DNA of 64,000 nt from the human T2T-CHM13v2.0 reference genome, Homo sapiens, in assembly GCF_009914755.1 (NCBI RefSeq), contig NC_060930.1; one strand, given 5' to 3'. Of this stretch, positions 1 through 13,631 are shown piece after piece. The first letter of the stretch is position 1, and every line of letters starts with the position of its first letter. Both the position numbers and the translations under genes were made by a program. The notes beneath the pieces were generated by a model. The model saw nothing but the letters and a program-made list of their open reading frames with translations. It ran no database searches and had not been told where the DNA came from.

Positions 1-735
1 TGAATGTGGATGCTCCTGTATTGGGTGCATATATAATTAGAATAGTTAGCTTTTCTTGTTGACTTGATCCCTTTACCATTATCTTTATCTTATTTGAACT
101 TTGTTGGTTTAAATTCTGTTTTGTCACAAACTAGGAATGCAACCCTTGCTTTTCTCTGCTTTCCATTTGCTTGGTAAATTTTCCTCCATCCCTTTATTTG
201 AGCCTATGTGTGTCTTTGCACATGAGATGGGTCTCTTGAATGCAGCACACCAATGAGTCTTGACACTTTATCCAGCCTGTCATTTTGTCTTTTAATTGGG
301 GTATTAAACTCACTTACATTTAAGATTAATATTCTTATGTGTGAATTTGATTCCATCATCATGATGCTAGCTGGTTATTTTGCAGACTTATTGCTGTATT
401 TGCTTTATAAGGTCATTGGTCTTTGTACTTCACTGTGTTTTTGCAGTGGCTGGAACTGGTTTTTCCTTTCCATAACTAGTGTTTCTTTCAGGAGCTCTTG
501 CAAGGCAGACCTGGTGTGACAAATTCCTTCAGCATTTGCTTGTCTGAAAATGATTTTATTTCTCCCTCACTTATGAAGCTTACTGTGGCTGGATATGAAC
601 TTCTCAGTTGGAAATTCTTTTCTTTAAGAATGCTGAATATTGGCCCCAATCATTTATCATGTTTCTGCTGAGAGTTCTGCTGTTAGTCTGATGGGCTTCC
701 TTTTGTAGATGATCTGCCCTTTCTCTCTGGCTGCT
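1..735 (-). mobile_element. Older primate L1 fragment (ORF1 3' part, spacer and ORF2 endonuclease start); continues beyond the window's left edge
   Basis: Reverse complement of 1-60 matches the EN motif region (TILNIYAPNTG-like); ORF1 C-terminal-type sequence to about 735. Confidence 0.85.
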
Positions 736-824
736 ACTTGTCAATTTCTAACATAAAATATAATGGACAAGACACCAGAAGAGTGGTTGACTCATATTTT
801 AATTTTCATTAAGATGTTTAAATC

Positions 825-1862
825 TTGTAAATTTGTTGAAGTTCATTGTAGATTCTGGATATTAGCCCTTTGTCAGATGAGTAGATTGCAAAAATTTTCT
901 CCCATTCTGTAGGTTGCCTGTTCACCCTGATGGTAGTTTCTTTTGCTGTGCAGAAGCCCTTTAGTCTACAATGAACTCCAACAAATTTACAAGAAAAAAA
1001 CAAACAACCTCATCAAAAAGTGGGCGAAGGATATGAACAGACACTTCTCAAAAGAAGACATTTATGCAGCCAAAAGACACATGAAAAAATGCTCATCATC
1101 ACTGGCCATCAGAGAAATGCAAATCAAAACCACTATGAGATACCATCTCACACCAGTTAGAATGGCTATCATTAAAAAGTCAAGAAACAACAGGTGCTGG
1201 AGAGGTTGTGGAGAAATAGGAACACTTTTACACTGTTGGTGGGACTGTAAACTAGTTCAACCATTGTGGAAGTCAGTGTGGCGATTCCTCAGGGATCTAG
1301 AACTAGAAATACCACTTGACCCAGCAATCCCATTACTGGGTATATACCCAAAGGATTATAAATTATGCTGCTATAAAGACACATGCACACGTATGTTTAT
1401 TGCAGCACTATTCACAATAGAAAAGACTTGAAACCAACCCAAATGTCCAACAATGATAGACTGGATTAAGAAAATGTGGCACATATACACCATGGAATAC
1501 TATGCATCCATAAAAAATGATGAGTTCGTGTCCTTTGTAGGGACATGGATAAAGCTGGAAACCATCATTCTCAGCAAACTATTGCAAGGACAAAAAACCA
1601 CCACATGTTCTCACTCATAGGTGGGAATTGAACGAGAACACATGGACACAGGAAGGGGACCATCACACACTGGGGCCTGTTGTGGGGTGGGGAGAGGGGG
1701 GAGGGATAGCATTTGGAGATATACTTAATGCTAAATGACGAGTTACTGGGTGCAGCAACCAACATGGCACATGTATACATATATAACAAGCCTACACGTT
1801 GTGCACATGTACCCTAAAACTTAAAGTACAATAAAAAAAATTTTTTCCATCCATTAAAAAAA
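825..1862 (+). mobile_element. L1PA3-5-type, 5'-truncated with 5' inversion (inverted piece 825-965, forward piece 965-1862)
   Basis: ORF 943-1431 is the ORF2 C-terminus ([20 protein letters not shown]); L1PA 3'UTR and A-tail; perfect 14-bp TSD AAGATGTTTAAATC at 811-824 and 1863-1876. Confidence 0.95.
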
Positions 1863-2087
1863 AAGATGTTTAAATCAAGGGCATGTAGGAAAACTATGGA
1901 AATTTACAAATTTATAACTTTATATTATGGTATACCAAAGCAAGAAATATTCCCAAAACTAGAGATTTTCGTAAGATTTCTCTAAGTAACCTTAGATCAC
2001 CTGTTTTCTTGTAAGTCAATGTACCTAATGGTTTTCATATATAAAATGAGGATGGTATTTTTCCTAGCTATAATCTGTAATCAGATT

Positions 2088-2409
<322 letters not shown>

Positions 2410-3649
2410 TAATCAGATTTTAAAACTTTATTTAAAATTTCATAAGGCTCATATAGGTAGCAAGTTAACATATGTAAATATTTATTAAAATGTGCTTTTA
2501 TAACTACATATATTATCACATATCTATCAAGCTCTCATAGCTTAACCATTGGTATCTGCAAACTCAGAGGATCACCAAACAGATGGAAACATACTTGATC
2601 ATTTACAAGTCTACAAATGATAAATGTAAATTATAAAACAAAATCAGTTGCAATGAGAGCAATGATAACTTATTGCTCATTTTCCATGTTGTTTCTCAAG
2701 GATTTCTCTTCTACAAGCTTCCTGTTAGTTGTATCACAGTCTCTTAACATATATTGTGCCTTGGCTTTCATGCCAGGAAGCATATTAACTTTAAATAAAC
2801 GTCCTTCTTGTTTTTCTGTCTCTGAGCAGCCAGGCAAGGCATAGCTCCAGCAGGACCTGAAAATGACTGAGCAAAGCAAGGAGAGAAAAAGTCCTGTTGC
2901 TTCTTTCTAGGAGGGTCTCAAATTACTCTTTCACTGTTCCCCTGGTATACTAAGTGCCTAAAGCCAAAGCAAGTCTACTTTTTGGCTACCACATCCTCTA
3001 GGGCACGTTTGCTTTTTAAATTCTTTATCTTATTGCCTACCAGTAGCTGGATCTGTCAACTCATCAAAGAGAGTAAGATCTGGATAGAATTCTTCCTTTA
3101 GCTACAATTATTTAAGTTCTATTTGATACCCTCCAACATCCTAAACCACCAATCTTCCAAGGGTAGGAAGGTGCCTGCAGCTATATTGAATAGACTCTTC
3201 ATTTTACAACTTAAACTCTATTTTATTATTTTCAAATATTCATTATCAAAGATCTATTTCCATACATTGACAGTTAAATCTTTTACTTTTTCAACTTGGT
3301 ATATTTCCTTTTTCCTTTCTCAGATGAGTCTAAATTGACAAAGTCAGTCCACATCTATGGCTTTGAACCTACTTTCACATACTCATAAAATCAAATTTAA
3401 CTTTAGTTCTTCTACCTGAAAAACTTGAAGATCTTCATTATTACACCTTTTCTAATAATTATCTCTAAATCATTAATTCTGCTCCAATTAGCTACTATTT
3501 ACAATTAACATTTTATGGTTGTTTATCCATATTAAAGTTTAAAACCTTCTTTCAAAATTTGTCTTATCCCTGGATGTCCTTTGACATTCTCTGATGCATT
3601 CTGAACCATATGCATACTAAATACTGTCTAATTCTCAGCATAATTCTAC

Positions 3650-3830
3650 AGAAGAGGTTCTCAAATGTGACTACATATTAGAATTAGTGGGGAATTGAAC
3701 ACAATATCTGTGCCTTTACCCTACCCCAAGAGATTTTAATTCAACTAGTCTGGAGTGGCACCCAGGTATATGTAATTTTAACACTTTCCCCCACCCCAGA
3801 TGATTCTAATGTGCAGTCATAGAAACAACA
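3650..3830. mobile_element. MER5A/B-like hAT-Charlie MITE
   Basis: GGTTCTCAAA start, GATTTTAATTCAACTAGTCTGGAGTGG core, CCCAGATGATTCTAATGTGCAG end. Confidence 0.7.
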
Positions 3831-3849
3831 ACAACAACACCGTGCTAGC

Positions 3850-4280
3850 TCATGTCAGGGATAGAACAAATGAGAAAGGTATGGTCTCTTTTTAGTGACC
3901 ATATAATAAAGAGACTCAACTAAGAGACACAAAACAATTAGAGTACAATTAAATGTAAACTGTTTTGAACTTCATATAAAAACCTAGAGACTAAAAAAAT
4001 TAAAATGACATTATTACAAAGTAAAGATGTTTGTAAACTAGACTAACCAGTGAAGGCATTATGGAGTATGTATAACTTAAGCTGGTTGCTGTGAATGGAT
4101 TTGGGTAAGTTCAGAGAAGGGTGAAAGAGATATTAAAAATTAGAGGACTAGCAGACACAAAGGCAGTGAATCATACTTGACATTAAGAGAGAAAAGCTGA
4201 CATGTTTGACTAGAGTATGTGTGTTTGAAAGTTATGAAAAATAGCAGTAAATAAGTTAGTGGCAAAATCAGAGGAGTCTA
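3850..4280 (-). mobile_element. L2 fragment
   Basis: Degenerate similarity to reverse-complement L2 3' region. Confidence 0.45.
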
Positions 4281-6393
4281 TCTGCCATCTTGTCTCACCT
4301 CTATCATTCCTAATAAAACAAATATCAGGTAGTCACGGGATAAAAGTAGTGATATGAAAATTGGTATCCAACCACATCACTGGAGGATATATATGAAATG
4401 TTCCATTACAAATACAAATAGGTGTATATTTTCATTAATATCAAAAACTAGTAATGTTCTCATTTACATGGCAGAAACATTACATATTTGGCTTCTTAGA
4501 AGGCACAGAGGGCCAAATCAGAGGAGGCATAGGACAAATGCTCATTTTTCACTCCAGTAAAAGAACAGCTGAGAAATCAGGGAAGGACATCTTAATAAGA
4601 TCATATTCTGAACCCTCATTTTGAAATGTGAGTGACGCTCTGGGGCATACGGGATAAGAAGCAGCAACCAGCAAGTGTTGTGAGGACTTCTCACTGAGAA
4701 GGTGTCTACAATAAACAGAAACCCTTCAGGGCAAGGCACCTGTGAGATGGATGTCTAATGAACAAACAGCTAAGTCACAGAAAGTACTCCTCTTCCAAAA
4801 AGTTGGCCCTAACAACTAAACTACTAGAATGCCTAGTGTTTCAGAGCACTGTAATGAGGCAATTTGAAATTCAACTTCAAACTCTATTGCTTATAGAGTG
4901 ACTTAAGCATTTTGATTGAACTTTTTATTTATTTATGTTTTCAGATTCTTCCAGATCCTGAAATGAACTGTCTAATCTTTATTTTCCTGAATATAAATTG
5001 AAATCACTAGAAAAGAATTTTCCTTTGGGGTGTGTTATGTGGAATAAGTAAAATAATGCAGGTAAAGCAATTGGTCCTTTTTATATCCTAGAAGGTATAA
5101 CTATAGTCAAAAGAAACACAGGTGTAGTGGAAGAGCTTCCTTACAGAGTTAGCATCCACATGTTGTAGGAAGTCAGTGATTCATTTCTTAATCTTAGAAT
5201 GAGAAACTAGCAAGACTACCAGGTGCAAGTAACCTTCACATTAGAGCTTCACTTGACAGTCAGAAGTTGAAATAAGCAGATGCCAGCCAGTGAATATTCT
5301 CCTAGAGTTGATACCCAAGAAAGAGACTCCCCTGCCTCTTTCAAAAATTGGAAGATAACCACTAAAATCAGTGACAAGTTTTTACCTTTTTGGAAAGGAA
5401 TAAGGACAGAAAGTGATACTAGTGAGTTATATTATATTTAGCACTGTTAAACTTTTAAAACTTTTTATATAAATTATTGTGAAAAGTAATAAAATCAATT
5501 TAAAATATAGATACAATGAAATAAAATATTACAAAGTTTGTGTGAAAATTCTAAAAATTAACTAAGGATACTGATGTAATATGGAAAATGAGAACAAAGA
5601 ACCTGCTTGGGAAAAGACATATTGAAGAAAGAGATGGCGAAGAGGGGAGAAGGTGATACCTGTCTTATAAATTCTAGGAAGTTCAATGTTGAATATAAAA
5701 GATTGTCTTTAAGAGAATTTTTTTAAGAAATGATTTATTTATAGAAATGGAGGAAAAGATACCTGAAAAAAAACTAAAGATACCTGAAGAGAAAACTAAA
5801 ATATCAATATTTAATTCATATTAGAAGTAGATATACAATTGTAAAAAATAGAGACATTGATCTCCATAGCACTTACGGCAAACTCACAGAAAAGTCAGAG
5901 GAAATAAGAAATGAAAGGAATGAGAATGAAAAGTGACATTTAGCTCCTGGGAGGAAGAAGTTGCAGCATCTACTCTGGGAACCAGTCACTCCATGAGAGT
6001 GATGCCCCCAAAGGAAAAGAATAAGCAGATAACCTGGTCTAATCTTTGTATTCACTGGACCTTTAGAAAAACAGACCAGTGTTATTTTCTAGGAGGGAGA
6101 GAATTTATCTCTGAATTGCGCTTAACAAGATTTCCCTGCCTAGAATTCCCCTGTAGTAAATGGAACCCAGAATCTTGATGGATATTTCCCCAAGGAGCTG
6201 CACAACTCTTGGGTTAAAAGTAGAGAAGATTCATAATAGAATTGCTCCAACTAAGGGAGGTGATAGTGTGAACTTTGCCTGTGGAGTATGTCTATTATTC
6301 TGTAACAGAGGTGCATATTCAAACTCTCAGATTTGTCTGAGTCTTTAGATTTCCTGTATCTTGACATTAATTATTGAAGGTTGACATTGGGTG

Positions 6394-6981
6394 AGATCTT
6401 TGATCTATGTGAGTAGGATGTGATAATATTATATATGTGTTAGCTCAACTTCAAATGACCTAAAATATAGAAAGAGTTGAACTGCAAGATGATAATTGAA
6501 CCAATTCCCAAAAATATATTTATATTTCAGGAAACTTCTGAAAATAAGGAAAAGCTGGAATCTACAAAGAGGAAAGTACCGTGATTTTCCAAATATGTTT
6601 ATATCCATGTTATGAGTTCTAGATACACACATACACACACACACACCCATCATATATACATGTTTCACATATATACATAATGATTCACATAGATCTTTGA
6701 TCTATGTGCATCAGATGTCATAATATTATATATGTATTAGCTGAACTTCAAATGACCTAAAATATAGAAAGAATTGAACTGCAAGATGATAATTGAAGAA
6801 ATTTCAAAAAATATATCCATATTTCAGGAAACTTCTGAAAATAAAGAAAAGCTGGAATCTACAAAGAGAAAAGTATGATTTTCCAGAAACTATGTTTATA
6901 TCCATGTTACCAGTTCTATACACACACACACACACACATGCATCAGATGATATATAGACAGATATACATAATGTTTCACAT
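6394..6981. repeat. Tandem duplication, 2 x about 295 bp (6394-6690 and 6691-6981)
   Basis: Both copies begin AGATCTTTGATCTATGTG, share long identical blocks (e.g. CTTCAAATGACCTAAAATATAGAAAGA) and a (CA)n tract, and end ATATACATAATG(A/T)TTCACAT. Confidence 0.95.
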
Positions 6982-7769
6982 AATGCAGATAAGAAACTAC
7001 TCAAGTGCTATGATTACACTAGGATTGCTACACCTGAATTTAAAAAGTAATCTGCACTTTCCATTTAAATTCGTGGATTGACAGCCATTGGTTTTCCAGG
7101 ACTTAGAAAATGGTTCAGTTATGCCTCCTTGTATAATAAGTAATTTTATATGTTTCCTTGCATTTATTTATTGAGCATATCCAATAACAGTAACCACACA
7201 GTTTTCATTTTTTATTGGTTGATACACAACATCTAAATAATGTGGTATCTTGCCTTAGTTATTAATGCTGGACATGGGGAATAAAATATAATATCAACCT
7301 ATCTAAGCAACTCCTGATTCTTCCATTTTTAAGAAGTAAACGACAGCTATTATAAAGCATTAAGGTTGTATTTGGAAGTACACTGTAAGAGACACCTCCC
7401 AAGACAAAGGGAAAATATTTCAGTAAACATAGTGCCTATTTCTGATCCTTCTCACCCAATCATATAATATTGGTGACTATGGTTTTGTGTTGGAGGTAGA
7501 AAAATGAAGAAGGAAAAAATGGGAAACTCAGCTTATAATTAATTTATCAAAACTCTATTTCTTAGTTGTGGTATTACTGGACCTGAGTGAATTCCTAGGC
7601 CATGAAGAACATATTGTAACTAATATAATATAAAGTTCTTTCTTCATAATGTTCTCTTTATTACTGCAGGACACTAGACCCTATCATCACTGAAAGAATG
7701 GGAGCCAATAGACAAAAACACTAACTAGTCAACGACTACTAGAGTATTAATTATGGATGCCATTGAGGT

Positions 7770-7890
7770 ATCACTTCCATTTTAAATAAGAGGGAAATGA
7801 AGAACACAGAGATCAAATATCTTGTCGTGGGCCTTACTTATACGTAGAGATGAAGATGTGATTTCAACCAGAAATGTCTAATTCAGAAGT
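7770..7890 (-). mobile_element. MIR fragment
   Basis: Degenerate MIR core CCATTTT...GAGGGAAATGAAGAACACAGAGA... Confidence 0.6.
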
Positions 7891-7897
7891 TCTTTCT

Positions 7898-8195
7898 GAC
7901 TGGACAAGGTGGCTCACGCCTGTAATCCCAACAATTGGGAAGTTAAGACAGGAGTATCACTTGAGCCCAGGAGTTCAAGGCCAGCCTGGGCAACATACTA
8001 ACACCACATATCTACAAGAAAATTTAAAAATTAGTTGGATGTAGTGGCATGCACCTATACTCCCAGCTACTCAGGAGGCTGAGTTGGGAGGATATTTTGA
8101 GCCTGGGAGATCGAAGCTCCAGTAAGCCATGATTGTACCACTGAATTCCAGCCTGGGCGACAGAGCAAGACCCTGTCTCAAAAAAATAAAAAGTA
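7898..8195 (+). mobile_element. AluJ
   Basis: GTGGCTCACGCCTGTAATCCCA; CACTTGAGCCCAGGAGTTCAAG (J-type); A-rich tail. Confidence 0.92.
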
Positions 8196-8779
8196 AAACA
8201 TAAGTTATTATTTGTCTGTCTTCCCCACATCCCACCCAGCAATATGTACTTCCTGCTTTAATTAGAGTTACATTTTAACATGTGTTGGCGTAGAAAAATA
8301 ATCTCAGAATTATGCTAATCTGATTGCAATCTTCAGCTTCGCAATTGATATCATTGCGTCCATGGGTATATGAAAGTTTTCAGGAGGAAATCTATCTGAG
8401 ATTTTGAGATTTTGATCACCAGTTCATAATATCTTGCATAGGCTAATTATTGTTCATATAGATATCTTAAGTTATTCAGTAGATTTTAAATAATCATGAG
8501 CTAAGTATTCTATTCAATTAGCAAGTCCTTACTGAGATATTCTATCATATTCCAGCTATTCAAATAAGAGTCATAGGTTCTTCCATCTGAACCCTATTAA
8601 ATCAAATGACATTGAAATTAAATTCCAGGACAATTATTTACTGGGATGTTATTTATTTTGTATGTTTACTAATTCAACAAATAATAGGTAATTGATCATA
8701 TTGTATAAATTAACAAAATAGAAATCAACTACACTTAATTCTGTAGCTACTTTGTTTTATGAGGCACTCCAAAAAGTTC

Positions 8780-9120
8780 ATAAATACGTTGATTTTCCTG
8801 CTTGGAATATATACCCATTTCACATAGCCAACTCCAAATAATCTTCCAGGTCTTTGCCTAAATACCAATTACTTCTCATTAGATATCAAAGCCCTTTGTT
8901 ATAAAATCTCAAAACACCCTGTAGATTTCTTTATAACATTTCTCACAGTATAATTACATACTTATTTGCGTTTATGTGTTCAAGGCCTATTTCCTTCATC
9001 TGATATCTGCACCCACAGGAACAGGAACTTTATCTTGTCTCTTTACTGTTATTTTTTCAGAAATCTCTCTTGACCTGGCACAAAATATACTTTCATATTT
9101 GCTAAAAATTTGAATAATTT
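8780..9120 (+). mobile_element. L2 3' end fragment
   Basis: CCTGCTTGGAAT ... GACCTGGCACA ... ATATTTG ... TGAATAA terminal pattern. Confidence 0.55.
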
Positions 9121-9221
9121 GCAATATCACTGAAGCACAAACTTGAATTAAATATATGAGTCTATTGTGTGGAAGACAGAAAGGAAGATAAACTTTATTG
9201 TCTCTTCAGGATCAAAGTTTT

Positions 9222-9763
9222 CTGTTGTTTCGTCTTGTTTTTTATTTCAGTAGCTTTGGGGATACAAGTGGTTTTGGTTACATGGATAATATTATCATGG
9301 TGAATTCTGAGATTTTCGTGCATCCATCACCTGAGCAGTGTACACTATATGCAATATGTAGTCTTTTATGCCTCATTCCCCTCCCACCCTGCTCCCTCAC
9401 CCTGAGTCCCCAAAGTCCATTATATCACCACTCTTATAATGAGGATGTCTTTGCATTCTCATTATAAGGGGACATGTAGCATTTGGTTTTCTAGTCCTAA
9501 GTTACTTCAGTTAAAATAATGGCCTCCAGATCCATCCAAGATGCTGCAAAAGACATTATTTAATTACTTTTTATGGCTGAGTAGTATTCCATGGTGTGTG
9601 TGTGTGTGTATGTGACATTTTCTTTATTGACATTCATATGCTTGTGTCTTTTTCATATAGTGTCTTATTTTCCTTTGGGTAGAAACCCAGTAGTGGGATT
9701 GCTGGATTGAATGGTAGATCTACTTTTAGTTCTTTAAGGAATCTCCATAACAGTTTACCATAG
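9222..9763 (-). mobile_element. L1PB-type 3' end, 5'-truncated
   Basis: L1PB 3'UTR reverse complement; perfect 14-bp TSD AGGATCAAAGTTTT at 9208-9221 and 9764-9777. Confidence 0.88.
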
Positions 9764-10016
9764 AGGATCAAAGTTTTAATGCAGGTTTGCCATTTATATT
9801 CCTGCATGATTCAATTTAACAGCTACACCGATCCTGTTAGGAAAGTATCACTGTCTTCCTTTAAAGTCAAGCATACTGAAGAAAATATATGTTACACTTG
9901 TATACACAAAATTAGATTTCACAAAGATTATACCAAGGTTCTCTTTGGATATAAAGAGAATATCTGCATATCAAAAATATGTCCTCATATTGAGCACATC
10001 AGTAATCATGCAGTAA

Positions 10017-10493
<477 letters not shown>

Positions 10494-11601
10494 TAAAAAG
10501 TCGCTTATATTCTTTTACATGAGTTTAAGTAAGCTCAACTAATATTTCAGTTGTAAGCATGAAGCATTTTTGTTTTTCTGAAGTTCACAATTTGTTATGA
10601 ATCTGTTTACTCCAAGTTAACAATTTCTACAGAGAGAGGTTGTGACAAATATTCTAATATCAGTGCAACAATTTGTATATGTTACATATCGGTTTGTGTG
10701 GATGAGCTAACAACATAGATTTTGAAGTTTGCCAAAGGAGGACGACAACTGATATACCCAAAAGAATAGTCTTAGATAAATTTAAAGTGTTATCACACTG
10801 AGAAACACCTTTTTTAGGGAGATGAATATGAAAAGGATCAGAGAGCTAGGAAAGGGTAAAAAGTACAGTGTCACAGATAAGAAGGAAGGGAAGTGTTACA
10901 GAATGGGGTTCATCAAGATTTAATTAAAACCTTCATAAAATTTTTATGCACAGAATATAGATAGTATTTTCTTACAATTTTTAATAAAAGTTTGCCATGT
11001 TTTCTGAATGTACATTAATGGAACTTGCAAGTGAAATGCTGACATTCGTCTGTGTAAGTAATAATAATAGATGGGTTTGTGACAATGTTTAATAGCACTT
11101 ACTTCAATCTTTCATTTGTCCTTTTATTTAATATTATTAAACTTTACGAACTCTTACAAAAATGAAGTAATTAATCTTTATAACATTCCCTGCAGGTAGT
11201 TAGATAGCTTCATTATGATAAAAGAAATAGAGAACATATATTGGTTAAACGAATATTGCAATATCAGCCTCTTAGCATTTCTGATCATCTTTTCAACCCT
11301 CAAAAATAATTATGTTTTTCTTCTCAGAGATTTTTTAAATATCTGCAAGACTCACAGTCTTACTTTTATTTATTATTATTCTCTTTGCAATATTCAGGAT
11401 GTTATAAGAAAAGTCTATGAACATTAAAGATTTGTATTATTTATGTACTTTTTAAGATAATTTAAACTGGATTTAAGAACTTAATTTTTAATAATTTTTA
11501 CAATTTCTTTAAAACATCTGTATTATTATTAAATAAAATGCAAAACATTAAAAATATGTATACTCAAAACATTTTATAAAAATATTTTTTACTGAAGTCT
11601 A

Positions 11602-11913
<312 letters not shown>

Positions 11914-12344
11914 GAATATATGTGTAGCTCTCATTTTTTATTTTATGTAGTGTAATATCTAATTTATTATCTTTAGAATCCTTGGTCAAAATTAAAGGAA
12001 AATTAACGACAGTGTTACAATCCTAACGTGTAGCTTCATTCTTCATTTTTCTATTTTTTAATACAAGAGCATTCATTGAATTTCTTCTAGTTCATTTTGT
12101 CCCTTTGTTCTAAAATGTCAAAAACTTTGATTTCTCACCCTTTTTATCAAACTCAATTCTTTGAACTTTTGTTTATTCCCAAACCCATGTGTTTGCATAA
12201 ATTGTGGTTTTAAGATTAAAATGACAGGATAGATGTATCACAATTCCCAAATAACACCATTATTTAGTCACCTCTCTCTAGATAGTCAAGAGCATAAGAA
12301 ACTCTGAATTAATATTTTTTATCTTTTCTCCCAAAAATATTGTG

Positions 12345-12600
12345 TAGGCCTTTGACAAATGCCTTAAAAAATGTAGATGCAAATTGCCTGCATTATTCTT
12401 TTTATCTCTAAGAGTAGTAAATTTATCAGAAAAGCAAATGAGTTTAAACTGACTGGACTTGTTCTTGAGTGTCCATATTTGTTTCCACCATCAAGTCTTG
12501 CCCCAAGATTACATTTCTAGATGCTTTTGACCCTTTTGTTTATAGCTCATCCTTTGGATTTCCCAGATTTCATAATATGCTTACAACGTTGCAGCATCCA
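12345..12600 (-). mobile_element. L3/CR1 LINE fragment
   Basis: ACAAATGCCTT...TCAGAAAAGCAAATGAG...GACTTGTTCTTG resembles the reverse complement of the CR1 RT region. Confidence 0.5.
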
Positions 12601-12643
12601 TCTTCTTCAGTCTTACAAAAATAAAAGCAATTCAAATCCAAAT

Positions 12644-13007
12644 TGAGATAGACTGAATGTTGATGTCCCCTACAATTCATGTGTTGAAATCCTAACCCCC
12701 AATGTGATGGTATTAGGAGGTGGGGCCTTTGAGTAGTAATTAGGTCAGGTTAGTGAAGTCCTCATGAATGGAATTAGTGCCCTTATAGAAGGTACCCCAG
12801 ACAAATCTCTTGCTTTCTTTCTGCCATATGAGGATACATGAGAAAATGGCAGTCGGCGACCCAGAAGACACTCCCACCAGAACTCAACCACACTGGAATC
12901 CTTACCTCAGATTCCCAGCCTCTATAACCTTGAGAAATAAATTTCTGTTTTTTAAAAGCCATCCAGTCTTTGCTATTTTTTCATAGCAATCTGAACTGGC
13001 GAAGACA
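12644..13007 (+). mobile_element. MLT1A-type MaLR solo LTR
   Basis: TG...CA termini; GAAATCCTAACCCCCAATGTGATGGTATTAGGAGGTGGGGCCTTT; AATAAA near 3' end. Confidence 0.88.
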
Positions 13008-13631
13008 TCAATTATCTTTTGCATTTTCTTTGGCCTTCCTTAAGGATGTTCCATACTAATTTTCCAATAATTATATTTTCTAAGATTTGGTATTTTGATG
13101 CTTTATTTTCAGTTTACTTAATTATGCATTTAAAAAATCACCTGTCTTTGGCTTCAATAGTATTTTTAACAAAGATCTCACTGATAATTTCCAGTTATGC
13201 AATATCAGTGCTTCTTGTTTTAAATTGTGCAATAGCTTCTGGTTTTGGCAAGTTTCAGCCACTGGAATCACTGTCTTGCTTGAGCCATGCCTCCGGATCA
13301 TCACCTCTTGAGGTTGACTGCCATTAACTTTAAGCACATAGGAAAAGTTGAAAAATTATTTAAAATAAGTAAGACTATATTTTCAATCAAGGAACATGAT
13401 TAGGACTATCTGTATCAAAACACACACACACATGCACACATAACACACACAGAGTAAGGGGATGTTACTATCTGCTTAATCCTTAGGCCTTAAGTACTTA
13501 ATCACTTCTTATTCATTAATATAATTTATCCTCTGATCAACATGAATTGTTTCAGGTTGCTGATCCAAATGTGCCTTAATATTTGTGTTTAGACCGTGAA
13601 AAAATACCTACAAGTCATGTTTTCTTTTTTA

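Noticed and set aside
5757-5800. Short duplications (AAAGATACCTGAA x2; also TACCCACATT-like x4 at 49830-49877 and ATTGACGTACAAAT x2 at about 63698-63740)
   Set aside because: Ordinary slippage-scale duplications with nothing further to support a function
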